From: an uncultured Fibrobacter sp.
Lineage (GTDB): Bacteria > Fibrobacterota > Fibrobacteria > Fibrobacterales > Fibrobacteraceae
NCBI GenBank assembly: GCA_934700345.1
Contig: CAKUXP010000002.1
Coordinates: 50,515 to 114,514, forward strand
DNA: 64,000 bases
Direction of reading: 5' to 3'
Shown here: positions 29,068-36,844 of the stretch, one piece after another
Position numbering within the stretch: position 1 is the stretch's first letter
How the letters are laid out: each line of letters begins with the position of its first letter
Notes under the pieces: model-generated
What the model was told of the DNA's origin: nothing
The model's database searches: none
What the model saw: the letters and a program-made list of their open reading frames with translations, nothing else
Position numbers and translations under genes: made by a program

Positions 29068-29642
29068 TTTTCCTTTCGCTCTTTGTAACGTTTTTTCAAA
29101 TCGGGCTTTTTGGTTTTGGCGGCGGCTACGGGATGCTTTCGCTCATCCAGCGGGAAGTCGTCTTCAATCACCGTTGGATGACTTCCGGCGAGTTTACGGA
29201 TATTGTCGCCATCAGCCAGATGACTCCCGGTCCGATTGGGATAAATTCTGCAACGTATGCCGGATTTACCGCGTTGCAGAATGCGGGAGCGGGAAAGCCC
29301 CTCTGCATCCTCGGAAGCTGTACCGCGACATTTGCGGTCGTACTGCCTTCGCTTATCCTGATGATTCTCATCAGCCGTTACCTGATGAAGTTCAAAGACC
29401 ATCCGGCTGTCCAGCATATATTTGAAGGCTTGCGCCCAGCGGTCGTCGGGCTTTTGGCAGCGGCGACGCTGATGCTCTTGACAAAGGAAAATTTCGGTTC
29501 GGCGCTTGAAAACATTCCGGAATTTGCGATTTCTGTCGGACTTTTTGTTCTGACCTTTGTCTGCACTAAATTTTTCAGGGTCGGTCCCATCAAGATGATT
29601 CTCGTGTCCGCATTGATTGGGCTTCTAGTCTATGGATTGTAA
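29064..29642 (+). CDS. Chromate transporter (CHR) family, short-chain C-terminal-half homolog
   Basis: GTG start at 29064 overlaps the TGA stop of the partner (GGTGA). FFQIGLFGFGGGYGMLSLIQ is a second CHR motif copy, giving a split ChrA pair as in YwrA/YwrB. The track ORF from 28941 has an implausible N-terminus. Confidence 0.7.
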   Translation: MIFLSLFVTFFQIGLFGFGGGYGMLSLIQREVVFNHRWMTSGEFTDIVAISQMTPGPIGINSATYAGFTALQNAGAGKPLCILGSCTATFAVVLPSLILMILISRYLMKFKDHPAVQHIFEGLRPAVVGLLAAATLMLLTKENFGSALENIPEFAISVGLFVLTFVCTKFFRVGPIKMILVSALIGLLVYGL

Positions 29643-29647
29643 TCATC

Positions 29648-31294
29648 TCATCTAGCGACTCGCAATGACCGGAAAGGTTCATTTGCATATCTGTAACAAA
29701 GTATGTAAGTGCCGCGTTGCAAACCGGATTTAGCACTTTCCCAAGCTTCCGAGGCGGATTTAGCTGAAACTTTAGACGATTTGAGTAGCTGTCCGTTAAG
29801 GTCGAATACCTGAATATGGAGCTCTTCGAAATTTACGCTTCGCCGATAGTTTGGAGTAATTTTGTCTAGGCCTGTGATTTCGAACAGGATTTTGTCGATA
29901 TTTACGTAGCTGTCGTCAATTGACAATCGAAGTTTTTGTATTCCTGGCGAAAGTTCTAGCTTGCCGGCTTCCACTTCGGAATAGGAGTCCCAGTTTTCTC
30001 CGCCTGGAATTTTTGCCTGTAGGCTTTGTTCCCCGATGGAAAGTGTTACGGACGATTCGTTCGTGTTCCCTGTTGCTCCCCATACGCTTATTGCGTATTT
30101 GCCCTTTGTTTTGACATTTAGCGTGTATTCAAAAAAGTCTCCGGTGGTTGTATAGCCTAGCGCAAATCCTTGGCCTGCTTTAACGACGCCAGCATCGTCT
30201 GTTCTGTAGCCTGTCGAGTCGCTTTTCCCGTCAGCGTCGCGAAAGGCGTTTATGTCGTAGTTTTCGGCTTCGATAATTCCTGGAATTTCAATCGGTCCTT
30301 GAAAAGGAAGGGCTTCGATTACGGTAGTCGTGTCGGAAACGTTGGCGACGACGATGTCCCCGCCATTGGGAATTGCATCGAAATAAATGTAGCCGTCGCG
30401 AAGTTCCGTTTCTAGAGGCGAACCTTTTTGAGTCGCCTTTACCGATTGCCAGTTGCCCGCATTTTTTATTCGGATGGAGAGCGGGTAGTCAAATTTAGAA
30501 AGGGATGTCTCCAGGGAATGACTTAGACGATAGGTTTCGCTGTTGGCGTTGCCTTCGATTTTGGTGATTTTTGCCGCATCGCGTTCTTTGGAATACATAA
30601 TCGCATTTCGAAAGGTCGTTACCCAGATTTTAGAATCGTTCTGCTTTGCCCAGCTTAACGCACCGTCGATTGCGGATGAGCTTGTAGGGGAATAGCCGCT
30701 ACCCTCGTCCACCTCGTGGATTAAGAAAGTTACCCAGCCGTTTTTATTGATCGCTTCCTGCATTTTTTGCTGGAAAGCCTGCGCGCTGTTTACGTTTCCG
30801 GTGTTTCCGCAGATGATGGAACTTATCCTGTTGTAATTTTGAGGCGTCTTGCCGTCGATTTGGCCGCTGCAAATTCGTCCGCCGATGTAGTTTTGGGATA
30901 TTAGAGATTCGTTCGGTACATTGCAATTAGGATATGTAATCGTATTGCAGGATTGGTTTGGAATTCGACTTTCGATAGTCTTCTTGGACGATGCGATTTC
31001 GTTATCGGGCATTGTTTGGGAATGTGTATCGGAGTGGCTGCCGATTTCGTATCCCCGTTCAACGAGTTCCTTGTATTTGCTGTAATTGGGGCTCCAGTTG
31101 TTTACGATATAAAAGCTAGCCTTATAACCGTATTTGTCAAAGATGGGGACGGCAATTGTCAGCTGGTTGGGAAGGTTGTCGTCAAATGTAAAAGTAGCGA
31201 CTCCGTTCCGAAAACCCGACCAGATCGCAATTTCTTGGGTCCATAGGAAATTCGAACCGAGTAAAAACGTTATGGTAAGGAAGATCTTTTTCAT
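29648..31294 (-). CDS. Secreted CE4 polysaccharide deacetylase with a CBM6/35-like domain and a Por (T9SS) type-A C-terminal sorting domain
   Basis: Signal peptide MKKIFLTITFLLGSNFLWTQE at the internal ATG 31294. TFDDN and SHSDTH are NodB/CE4 motifs. A galactose-binding-like segment (GDFFEYTLNVKTKGKYAISVWG). C-terminal ...IQVFDLNGQLL...GTYILCYR... resembles T9SS CTDs. The gene is visibly AT-richer than its neighbours. Confidence 0.65.
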   Translation of the reverse strand: MKKIFLTITFLLGSNFLWTQEIAIWSGFRNGVATFTFDDNLPNQLTIAVPIFDKYGYKASFYIVNNWSPNYSKYKELVERGYEIGSHSDTHSQTMPDNEIASSKKTIESRIPNQSCNTITYPNCNVPNESLISQNYIGGRICSGQIDGKTPQNYNRISSIICGNTGNVNSAQAFQQKMQEAINKNGWVTFLIHEVDEGSGYSPTSSSAIDGALSWAKQNDSKIWVTTFRNAIMYSKERDAAKITKIEGNANSETYRLSHSLETSLSKFDYPLSIRIKNAGNWQSVKATQKGSPLETELRDGYIYFDAIPNGGDIVVANVSDTTTVIEALPFQGPIEIPGIIEAENYDINAFRDADGKSDSTGYRTDDAGVVKAGQGFALGYTTTGDFFEYTLNVKTKGKYAISVWGATGNTNESSVTLSIGEQSLQAKIPGGENWDSYSEVEAGKLELSPGIQKLRLSIDDSYVNIDKILFEITGLDKITPNYRRSVNFEELHIQVFDLNGQLLKSSKVSAKSASEAWESAKSGLQRGTYILCYRYANEPFRSLRVAR

Positions 31295-31387
31295 GATTTG
31301 TTCCGATAAATTGGGTGTGGTTCCTCTCTTGAGATAAATCTTTTTTTTTTGAAATGACCGTGGCGTTTTGCTTCTTTTGTTGTATAG

Positions 31388-31409
31388 AACTACAACAAAC
31401 AAAAGTTTT
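31388..31409. promoter_or_regulatory. Perfect 8-bp inverted repeat TTGTTGTA-N6-TACAACAA in the divergent promoter region between the deacetylase and SPFH genes
   Basis: Read directly from the sequence; the surrounding region is AT-rich. Confidence 0.35.
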
Positions 31410-31463
31410 TTGCCTTTTTTCCAAAATTTTGTGTAAATTTTTGAAAAAAAAAGGAGTTGCACG

Positions 31464-32537
31464 ATGGGCATTCTAGATAAGCTAAAAGGCGAATTCATAG
31501 ACATTGTCGAATGGATTGAGAATGAGCCCGATGTCCTGGTATGGCGTTTTCCGCGTTACCAGAATGAAATCAAGGACGGGGCGCAGCTCATCGTTCGCAA
31601 AGGACAGCTTGCTGTCTTTGTCGCAAACGGGAAGGTGGCGGATGTCTTTTCGCCCGGGATGTATGAACTGAAGACCGAGAACCTGCCGATTCTTTCGACG
31701 ATTCTCGGCTGGAAATATGGATTTCACAGTCCATTCAAGGCTGAAGTCTATTTCATCAGTACTCGTTGCTTTATTAATTTAAAATGGGGAACGCGCAATC
31801 CCGTCATCGTTCGGGATGTCGCGCTTTCCATGGTGCGCATACGGGCTTTTGGCTCTTACGTGATCAAGGTGCAGGAACCGCGGATCCTGATTCGCGAACT
31901 TATCGGAACGCAAGGAAAGTTTTCCGTGGAGACGATTTCGGAACAGATTCGGAACCTGGTTGTTTCGAGTTTTGCGGATGTTGTCGGCGAAGCGAAGATT
32001 CCTGTGCTGGATTTAGCTGCTCATTATGACGAGCTATCGCAAAGATTGCTAACAAAAATTTCCGATGAGGTTAAGTCTTATGGGTTGATTTGTACGCAAA
32101 TGAAGGTGGAGAACATATCTCTTCCCGAAGAGACGGAACGTGCGATCGACAAGAGGGCGGCGATGAGTGCTGTCGGGGAATCGGATTTCTCTCGGTTTCA
32201 GGCTGCGATGGCTGCGGAAGCCGCTGCGAAAAATTCCGGGGAAGCCTCGGGCGGAATCGGGCTTGGCATCGGAATGGGAATGGCGCAGCAGGTCGCTCGG
32301 ACGTTTTCCGCTCCGCCTCCGTTGCCGCAAGCGGAAACGCTCTGGTATTACGCGGACGGAAATGATCGCCGAGGTCCTGTCCCGCAGAGCGAACTGAAGC
32401 GTCTCATCGAAACCGCTGCCATCGGGCGGAAAACACGGCTCTGGCGAGAGGGGCTTCCCGATTGGAAATTCGCCGGGGAACTTCCCGACTGGAAATTGCT
32501 CTTCCCGATGGAACCGCCCCCGCTTCCGAAGGACTGA
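31464..32537 (+). CDS. SPFH/band-7 domain protein (Band_7_1 / virion-core-like) with a C-terminal GYF-like (DUF4339) domain
   Basis: N-terminus MGILDKLKGEFIDIVEWIENEPDVLVWRF is typical of PF13421-type SPFH proteins. C-terminal TLWYYADGNDRRGPVPQSELKRLIETAAIGRKTRLWREGLPDWK is GYF/DUF4339-like. Confidence 0.65.
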   Translation: MGILDKLKGEFIDIVEWIENEPDVLVWRFPRYQNEIKDGAQLIVRKGQLAVFVANGKVADVFSPGMYELKTENLPILSTILGWKYGFHSPFKAEVYFISTRCFINLKWGTRNPVIVRDVALSMVRIRAFGSYVIKVQEPRILIRELIGTQGKFSVETISEQIRNLVVSSFADVVGEAKIPVLDLAAHYDELSQRLLTKISDEVKSYGLICTQMKVENISLPEETERAIDKRAAMSAVGESDFSRFQAAMAAEAAAKNSGEASGGIGLGIGMGMAQQVARTFSAPPPLPQAETLWYYADGNDRRGPVPQSELKRLIETAAIGRKTRLWREGLPDWKFAGELPDWKLLFPMEPPPLPKD

Positions 32538-32542
32538 TTCCG

Positions 32543-33187
32543 ATGGCGACCTGTAAATATTGCGGTGCGCCGCTTCTCGAAAACGTTCCGGTGTGCAGCT
32601 ACTGTCACGCAAAAATCGATGTCGATCTTTCGGCGAAAGGTTTCCAGACGGTCCATGCTCCGGAAAAATTTCGGATATGTCCGGTTTGCAAAAAGGAAAT
32701 GAATGTTTTAAACATCGGGCAGAAAGGCGATCCGTTTTTCATCGACCGCTGCCCGACATGCCTCGGAATTTTTCTGGATACCGGAGAGCTGGATGCGATT
32801 GTCCGCGAAACGGTTCCGTCCGTTCGCCACGTCAACATGGAAAAGTTGAAACAGTTGAAACGCGAAATGCTTGATTACAACAAGACGGTTTCCTATCGGG
32901 CGTGCCCGGTTTGCGGAAAGCTGATGAACCGGGAGAATTACGGAAAGTTTTCAGGCGTTATCGTCGATCGTTGCCGAGAACATGGCGTCTATCTGGATGC
33001 CGGGGAATTGCAGTTGATTCAGCGTTGGGTGGCTGCGGGCGGGAATCTGCAGACGCTTCCGGAGCCCTGTATTGCGAAACGTGCGGATGCATTCCGTCGG
33101 TCGGAACCTGAAGCGGATGTTTTCAAGAGGCGCTCAGCAAGATCCGTCGATTGGCTTCTCCAGAAACTGGTGGATTTGATATTCTAG
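32543..33187 (+). CDS. Double zinc-ribbon protein (two zf-TFIIB-like CxxC...CxxC modules)
   Basis: ATG at 32543, 3 nt after the SPFH stop. CKYCGAP...CSYCHAK; CPVCKKEM...DRCPTCLGIFLDTGELDAI; CPVCGKLM...DRCREHGVYLDAGELQLI. The second and third pairs match the zf-TFIIB (PF13453) pattern. Confidence 0.55.
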   Translation: MATCKYCGAPLLENVPVCSYCHAKIDVDLSAKGFQTVHAPEKFRICPVCKKEMNVLNIGQKGDPFFIDRCPTCLGIFLDTGELDAIVRETVPSVRHVNMEKLKQLKREMLDYNKTVSYRACPVCGKLMNRENYGKFSGVIVDRCREHGVYLDAGELQLIQRWVAAGGNLQTLPEPCIAKRADAFRRSEPEADVFKRRSARSVDWLLQKLVDLIF

Positions 33188-33199
33188 ATTTACGCCGCC

Positions 33200-33724
33200 A
33201 TGAAAAATTTGGAAGATTATATTGTGAGCGTCCTGGACTTTCCGAAGCCGGGGATTGTCTTTCGCGACATCACCGGAATCCTGGATTCGCCCGAAGGGCT
33301 CCATCTCGCTTTTGAACGTCTCTACAAGGCGCTTGAAAACATCGAATTCGATGTCGTCGCCGGGCTCGAAGCGAGGGGCTTTCTGTTTGGGGTGAGCCTC
33401 GCCGAGCATTTTCACAAGAGCTTTGTACCGATCCGGAAAAAGGGGAAGCTCCCGCGGGAAACGGTTTCTGCGACGTATGAACTGGAATACGGCAACGCGA
33501 CCATCGAAATGCACCGCGACGCGATAAGGCCCGGGCAGAAAGTGGTCCTCTTTGACGACCTGCTAGCGACCGGTGGAACGATGAACGCCGCGGCCTCCCT
33601 CGTGGAAACCGTCGGCGGAACCGTTGCGAAAACGCTTTTTATCGTGGAACTCTTTGACTTGGGCGGCAGACAGAAACTGTCAAAATACGATGTGACGTCC
33701 CTCGTCAAGCTTCCCGGACATTGA
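33200..33724 (+). CDS. apt: Adenine phosphoribosyltransferase
   Basis: 174 aa. PRPP-binding motif VVLFDDLLATGGT and N-terminal DFPKPGIVFRDIT. Confidence 0.9.
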   Translation: MKNLEDYIVSVLDFPKPGIVFRDITGILDSPEGLHLAFERLYKALENIEFDVVAGLEARGFLFGVSLAEHFHKSFVPIRKKGKLPRETVSATYELEYGNATIEMHRDAIRPGQKVVLFDDLLATGGTMNAAASLVETVGGTVAKTLFIVELFDLGGRQKLSKYDVTSLVKLPGH

Positions 33725-33748
33725 GAATTTTTATTCGACGGAGAAACC

Positions 33749-35170
33749 ATGTTGGAAAAACTCTTTAAAATCACCGAGAACCGTTCTAGCGTTCGAACCG
33801 AAATCCTGGCGGGTCTCACCACGTTCATGACGATGGCGTATATCCTTGCGGTAAACCCCAGCATCCTTTCCGCTTCGGGAATGCCCAAGGGCGGCGTTTT
33901 TATCGCGACGGCTCTCGCGGCGGCTCTTGGCTCGACGCTGATGGCGCTCTTTTCGAACTATCCCTTTGTCCTCGCTCCAGGTCTCGGGCTGAACGCGTTT
34001 TTCTCCTACACGGTTGTCATCACGATGGGATACAGCTGGCAATTTGCCCTGCTTGCCGTCTTTGTCGAAGGCATTGTCTTTCTTGCGCTTTCGCTCACCT
34101 CTGTCCGGGAAAGCCTTTTCAACGCGATTCCGCTTTCGCTCAAGTCCGCCGTGGCGGTGGGCATCGGGCTTTTCATCACGTTCATCGCGTTTCAAGGGGC
34201 AAAGATTGTCGTCAATTCCGATGCGACGCTCGTAACGGTCATCAACTTCCACCGGGCGGATTTTCACACGACGGGAATCTGGGCGCTTCTCGCGATCATC
34301 GGGACGATTGTCACGGGATTTCTCGTTTCGAAAAAAATTCGGGCGGGAATTTTGCTCGGCATGTTCATCACGTGGTTTCTAGGCGTTCTCGCGGAACTTG
34401 TAGGAATCTACGTGCCGGATGCTTCCAAAGGATTTTTCTCCGTGGTCCCGCATTTTGGAAACTACTTCAGCGATTTGGGCAAGACTTTTTCGGAATTCGG
34501 GTCGATAGCCTTTGCCATTTTCCATCCGTCGTCTTGGACGCATTCGGTAAACGGCGCCGTGGATTTTTCGGGCTGGACCCTCGTCAAATCCTTGGACTTC
34601 TTTGTCGTGATGTTCGCCTTTTTCTTTGTCGATTTGTTTGATACGCTCGGAACGCTCATCGGCGTTTCGCTCAAAGGCGGCTTCCTGGATGCGAACGGAA
34701 AGCTTCCTCGGATTTCGGGCGCCCTCTATGCGGATTCCATCGCGACTTCGGTTGGAGCCGTTCTCGGAACTTCGACCACGACGACTTTTGTCGAAAGCGC
34801 AGCGGGCGTCGCCGCCGGGGGAAAGACCGGGTTCACGTCCATCTTCGCCGCGTTCCTGTTCATTGTATCAATTGTTTTCGCTCCGGTATTCTTGGCGATT
34901 CCCGGGTTTGCGACGGCTCCGGCCCTGGTCATTGTCGGCTTTTACATGATAAGCTCCGTATCGAAAATCGAGTTCAAGGATTATTCCAAGGCGATTCCCG
35001 CGTTCCTGTGCATTGTCGCGATGCCTCTAACCTACTCGATTTCGGACGGGATCATGTTCGGCGTAATCTCCTACACGGTGCTGAACTTTGTCCTCGGAAA
35101 GCGGAAGGATATCCATTGGATCATGTACATTCTGACCGTGCTCTTCGTGCTGAAATACGCTTTGATGTAG
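33749..35170 (+). CDS. NCS2 family nucleobase permease (AzgA/PbuG-like adenine/guanine/hypoxanthine permease)
   Basis: ILAGLTTFMTMAYILAVNPSIL and an ~14-TM architecture typical of the AzgA subfamily. Adjacent to apt. Confidence 0.8.
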   Translation: MLEKLFKITENRSSVRTEILAGLTTFMTMAYILAVNPSILSASGMPKGGVFIATALAAALGSTLMALFSNYPFVLAPGLGLNAFFSYTVVITMGYSWQFALLAVFVEGIVFLALSLTSVRESLFNAIPLSLKSAVAVGIGLFITFIAFQGAKIVVNSDATLVTVINFHRADFHTTGIWALLAIIGTIVTGFLVSKKIRAGILLGMFITWFLGVLAELVGIYVPDASKGFFSVVPHFGNYFSDLGKTFSEFGSIAFAIFHPSSWTHSVNGAVDFSGWTLVKSLDFFVVMFAFFFVDLFDTLGTLIGVSLKGGFLDANGKLPRISGALYADSIATSVGAVLGTSTTTTFVESAAGVAAGGKTGFTSIFAAFLFIVSIVFAPVFLAIPGFATAPALVIVGFYMISSVSKIEFKDYSKAIPAFLCIVAMPLTYSISDGIMFGVISYTVLNFVLGKRKDIHWIMYILTVLFVLKYALM

Positions 35171-35190
35171 CGAATCGTTTTTTGGAAAAG

Positions 35191-35218
35191 GACCGTCTTG
35201 CTGGCGGTCTTTTTTTTT
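35191..35218 (+). terminator. Rho-independent terminator after the permease gene
   Basis: GACCGtcttgctggCGGTC followed by a 9-T run. Confidence 0.6.
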
Positions 35219-35240
35219 GTGTGCACAATGCTTTGAAAAA

Positions 35241-35354
35241 TCGTTTCGACTTGTTATATTTCGATTCTCATAAAGAGGTTTTTAAATCAATGCATTTACG
35301 CGTCTTTTTCCTGTTGCTTCTTGTGTCCCTGGGGAACGTTCTTGCCGTGCAGTT
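35241..35354 (+). repeat. Cassette X copy 1: 5'UTR + RBS + signal peptide (MHLRVFFLLLLVSLGNVLAVQ), 114 bp
   Basis: 112 of 114 positions are identical to 36731-36844. The two copies are fused to completely different downstream coding sequence. Confidence 0.9.
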
Positions 35355-36366
35355 GCCCCAAGCGGTTTTTGCAGTTGGAAAGACTCAATACATAGAAACA
35401 GAGAAAAAACAAAACTACAGAATCTGTCTAGAAAATAATCAAAAAGGATTTTGGGATGGATCCATTCCGTTTGTGATGTCGACGGAAAATTGCCTTTTGG
35501 TGACCACTCCAAATCGAACAGGAAGTTTTTTGTTCGTACACTTTAACGATTCGATTTCCTCAGATAGCATTTGGCTTTTAAACAACCAAAAATTAATCGA
35601 TTTGTCAAAAGACGTTCATTTGTTGTGGAGTTTGGATTCCGTTGTTGGACCGTTCAACAAAAGACGCGTGTATGGTTCGTATAAAGCGACTCGATTGAAC
35701 AAGATTCTTGTCGTCGATCGAACGGAAGCGACGGTTGGCGAAGTAAAATATCTGTGTGATTATTTTGGAGTGGCTTACAAAGCTTCTAATTCGTGGTATC
35801 CAGACAATAACGCGTTAAATCATCCCGATATGCCACAAGATCCGGGGTTTGCCACAGTTCCTAATTACGCTAACAATAGAAGTAAACTGGAAGGTTTTGA
35901 AATTTCTTCGTATGCAAACGGAGCGGATACAACCAAAAACGGGTATCGGCTTCCTACTCGAGATGAATGGGTTGCTTTACAGAGAGGCGCTTCTAAAAAA
36001 GATTATTATTGGGGAAATGACACGGATTCACTAACCATTTCCCAATATGAATGGTATAGGTCCGCCAAGGAACGAGTTCATGATGTCGGGTTGTTGAAAC
36101 CAAATCCGTACGGATTATATGATGTCATGGGAAATGCGATTGAATACACTTTACAGGGACGCGAATGTGTCAGCAAGGATGAAAAATCTCGAGAATGCTT
36201 TATAAAAGACGATTTAAAACAACACGAGGCAAAGAACGTTTGCTATACGCGTATAAAATATAATGCGGATAAAAAAATACAAACAAAGGAGTGTCGTGTC
36301 GGATTTTCCCTAAACGAATTTTGGGGCTTCAGATTGGTCCGCCAGCTTTTTATAGATAATCATTAG
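35290..36366 (+). CDS. Secreted FGE-sulfatase/SUMF1-domain protein (paralog A), AT-rich body
   Basis: Signal peptide from cassette X. NGYRLPTRDEWVALQRG, PNPYGLYDVMGNAIEYT and C-terminal GFRLVRQLF are hallmark FGE-sulfatase domain motifs. The true start is the ATG at 35290; the track ORF from 35008 overlaps the permease. Confidence 0.7.
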   Translation: MHLRVFFLLLLVSLGNVLAVQLPQAVFAVGKTQYIETEKKQNYRICLENNQKGFWDGSIPFVMSTENCLLVTTPNRTGSFLFVHFNDSISSDSIWLLNNQKLIDLSKDVHLLWSLDSVVGPFNKRRVYGSYKATRLNKILVVDRTEATVGEVKYLCDYFGVAYKASNSWYPDNNALNHPDMPQDPGFATVPNYANNRSKLEGFEISSYANGADTTKNGYRLPTRDEWVALQRGASKKDYYWGNDTDSLTISQYEWYRSAKERVHDVGLLKPNPYGLYDVMGNAIEYTLQGRECVSKDEKSRECFIKDDLKQHEAKNVCYTRIKYNADKKIQTKECRVGFSLNEFWGFRLVRQLFIDNH

Positions 36367-36683
36367 ATGGTAAAAAACATGAAAGCCAAAATAATTCTTT
36401 TTCAAGCCTTGACGGTGTTGGCTTTTTCGGTGGTGGCCGAAATGTCTCGCTTCTTTCATGCTGCCTATACTATATTTTTCTGTAAAGATAAGTTTTGCCG
36501 ATGTTACGAAAACCAATGGGATTGTCTGCATCGTCTGTCGGAAGAGAGCTGCGCGGATCCTGAAATGTGGAGGATTGACTGATGAAAATTTTTACTTGGT
36601 TCACCGTTCTTTTTCTAGTATTGAGCGAAGTCTTTGCGCTGGAGTACAATGCCGTATTCAATGCGAAGGGTGTGCCGCTTTGA
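36367..36683 (+). pseudogene. Two gene remnants. The first is the 5' end of a paralog-B-like gene (MKAKIILFQALTVLAFSVVAE...). The second is a truncated paralog-C-like start (MKIFTWFTVLFLVLSEVFALEYNAVFNAKGVPL*) preceded by cassette Y.
   Basis: ggtaaaaaacatgaaagccaaaataattcttttt parallels ggtaaaaaccatgaaaatcaaaataatccttttt at 41477. Positions 36504-36673 are ~88% identical to 42876-43046 (cassette Y plus the first ~30 codons of paralog C), then stop abruptly at TGA 36681-36683. Confidence 0.55.
36504..36673 (+). repeat. Cassette Y copy 1: 5'UTR (GGAGG RBS) plus start of a paralog-C-like ORF, truncated
   Basis: Read directly: acgaaaaccaatgggattgtctgca(t/c)cgtctgtcggaagagagctg(c/t)gcggatcctgaaatgtggaggattgac(t/c)gatga(a/g)aattttta... 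is shared with 42876-43046. Confidence 0.85.
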
Positions 36684-36730
36684 AAAAAAACGAAAACTAG
36701 TCTTTTTTTTGTAAACAAAGTTTTGGAAAT

Positions 36731-36844
36731 TCGTTTCGGCTTATTATATTTCGATTCTCATAAAGAGGTTTTTAAATCAATGCATTTACGCGTCTTTTTC
36801 CTGTTGCTTCTTGTGTCCCTGGGGAACGTTCTTGCCGTGCAGTT
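36731..36844 (+). repeat. Cassette X copy 2
   Basis: See copy 1. The two copies are 1490 bp apart. Confidence 0.9.

Noticed and set aside
35008-35289. N-terminal extension of the paralog-A ORF overlapping the permease gene
   Set aside because: It reads through the terminator and the end of the permease gene. The true start is the cassette-X ATG at 35290, which has an RBS and a signal peptide.
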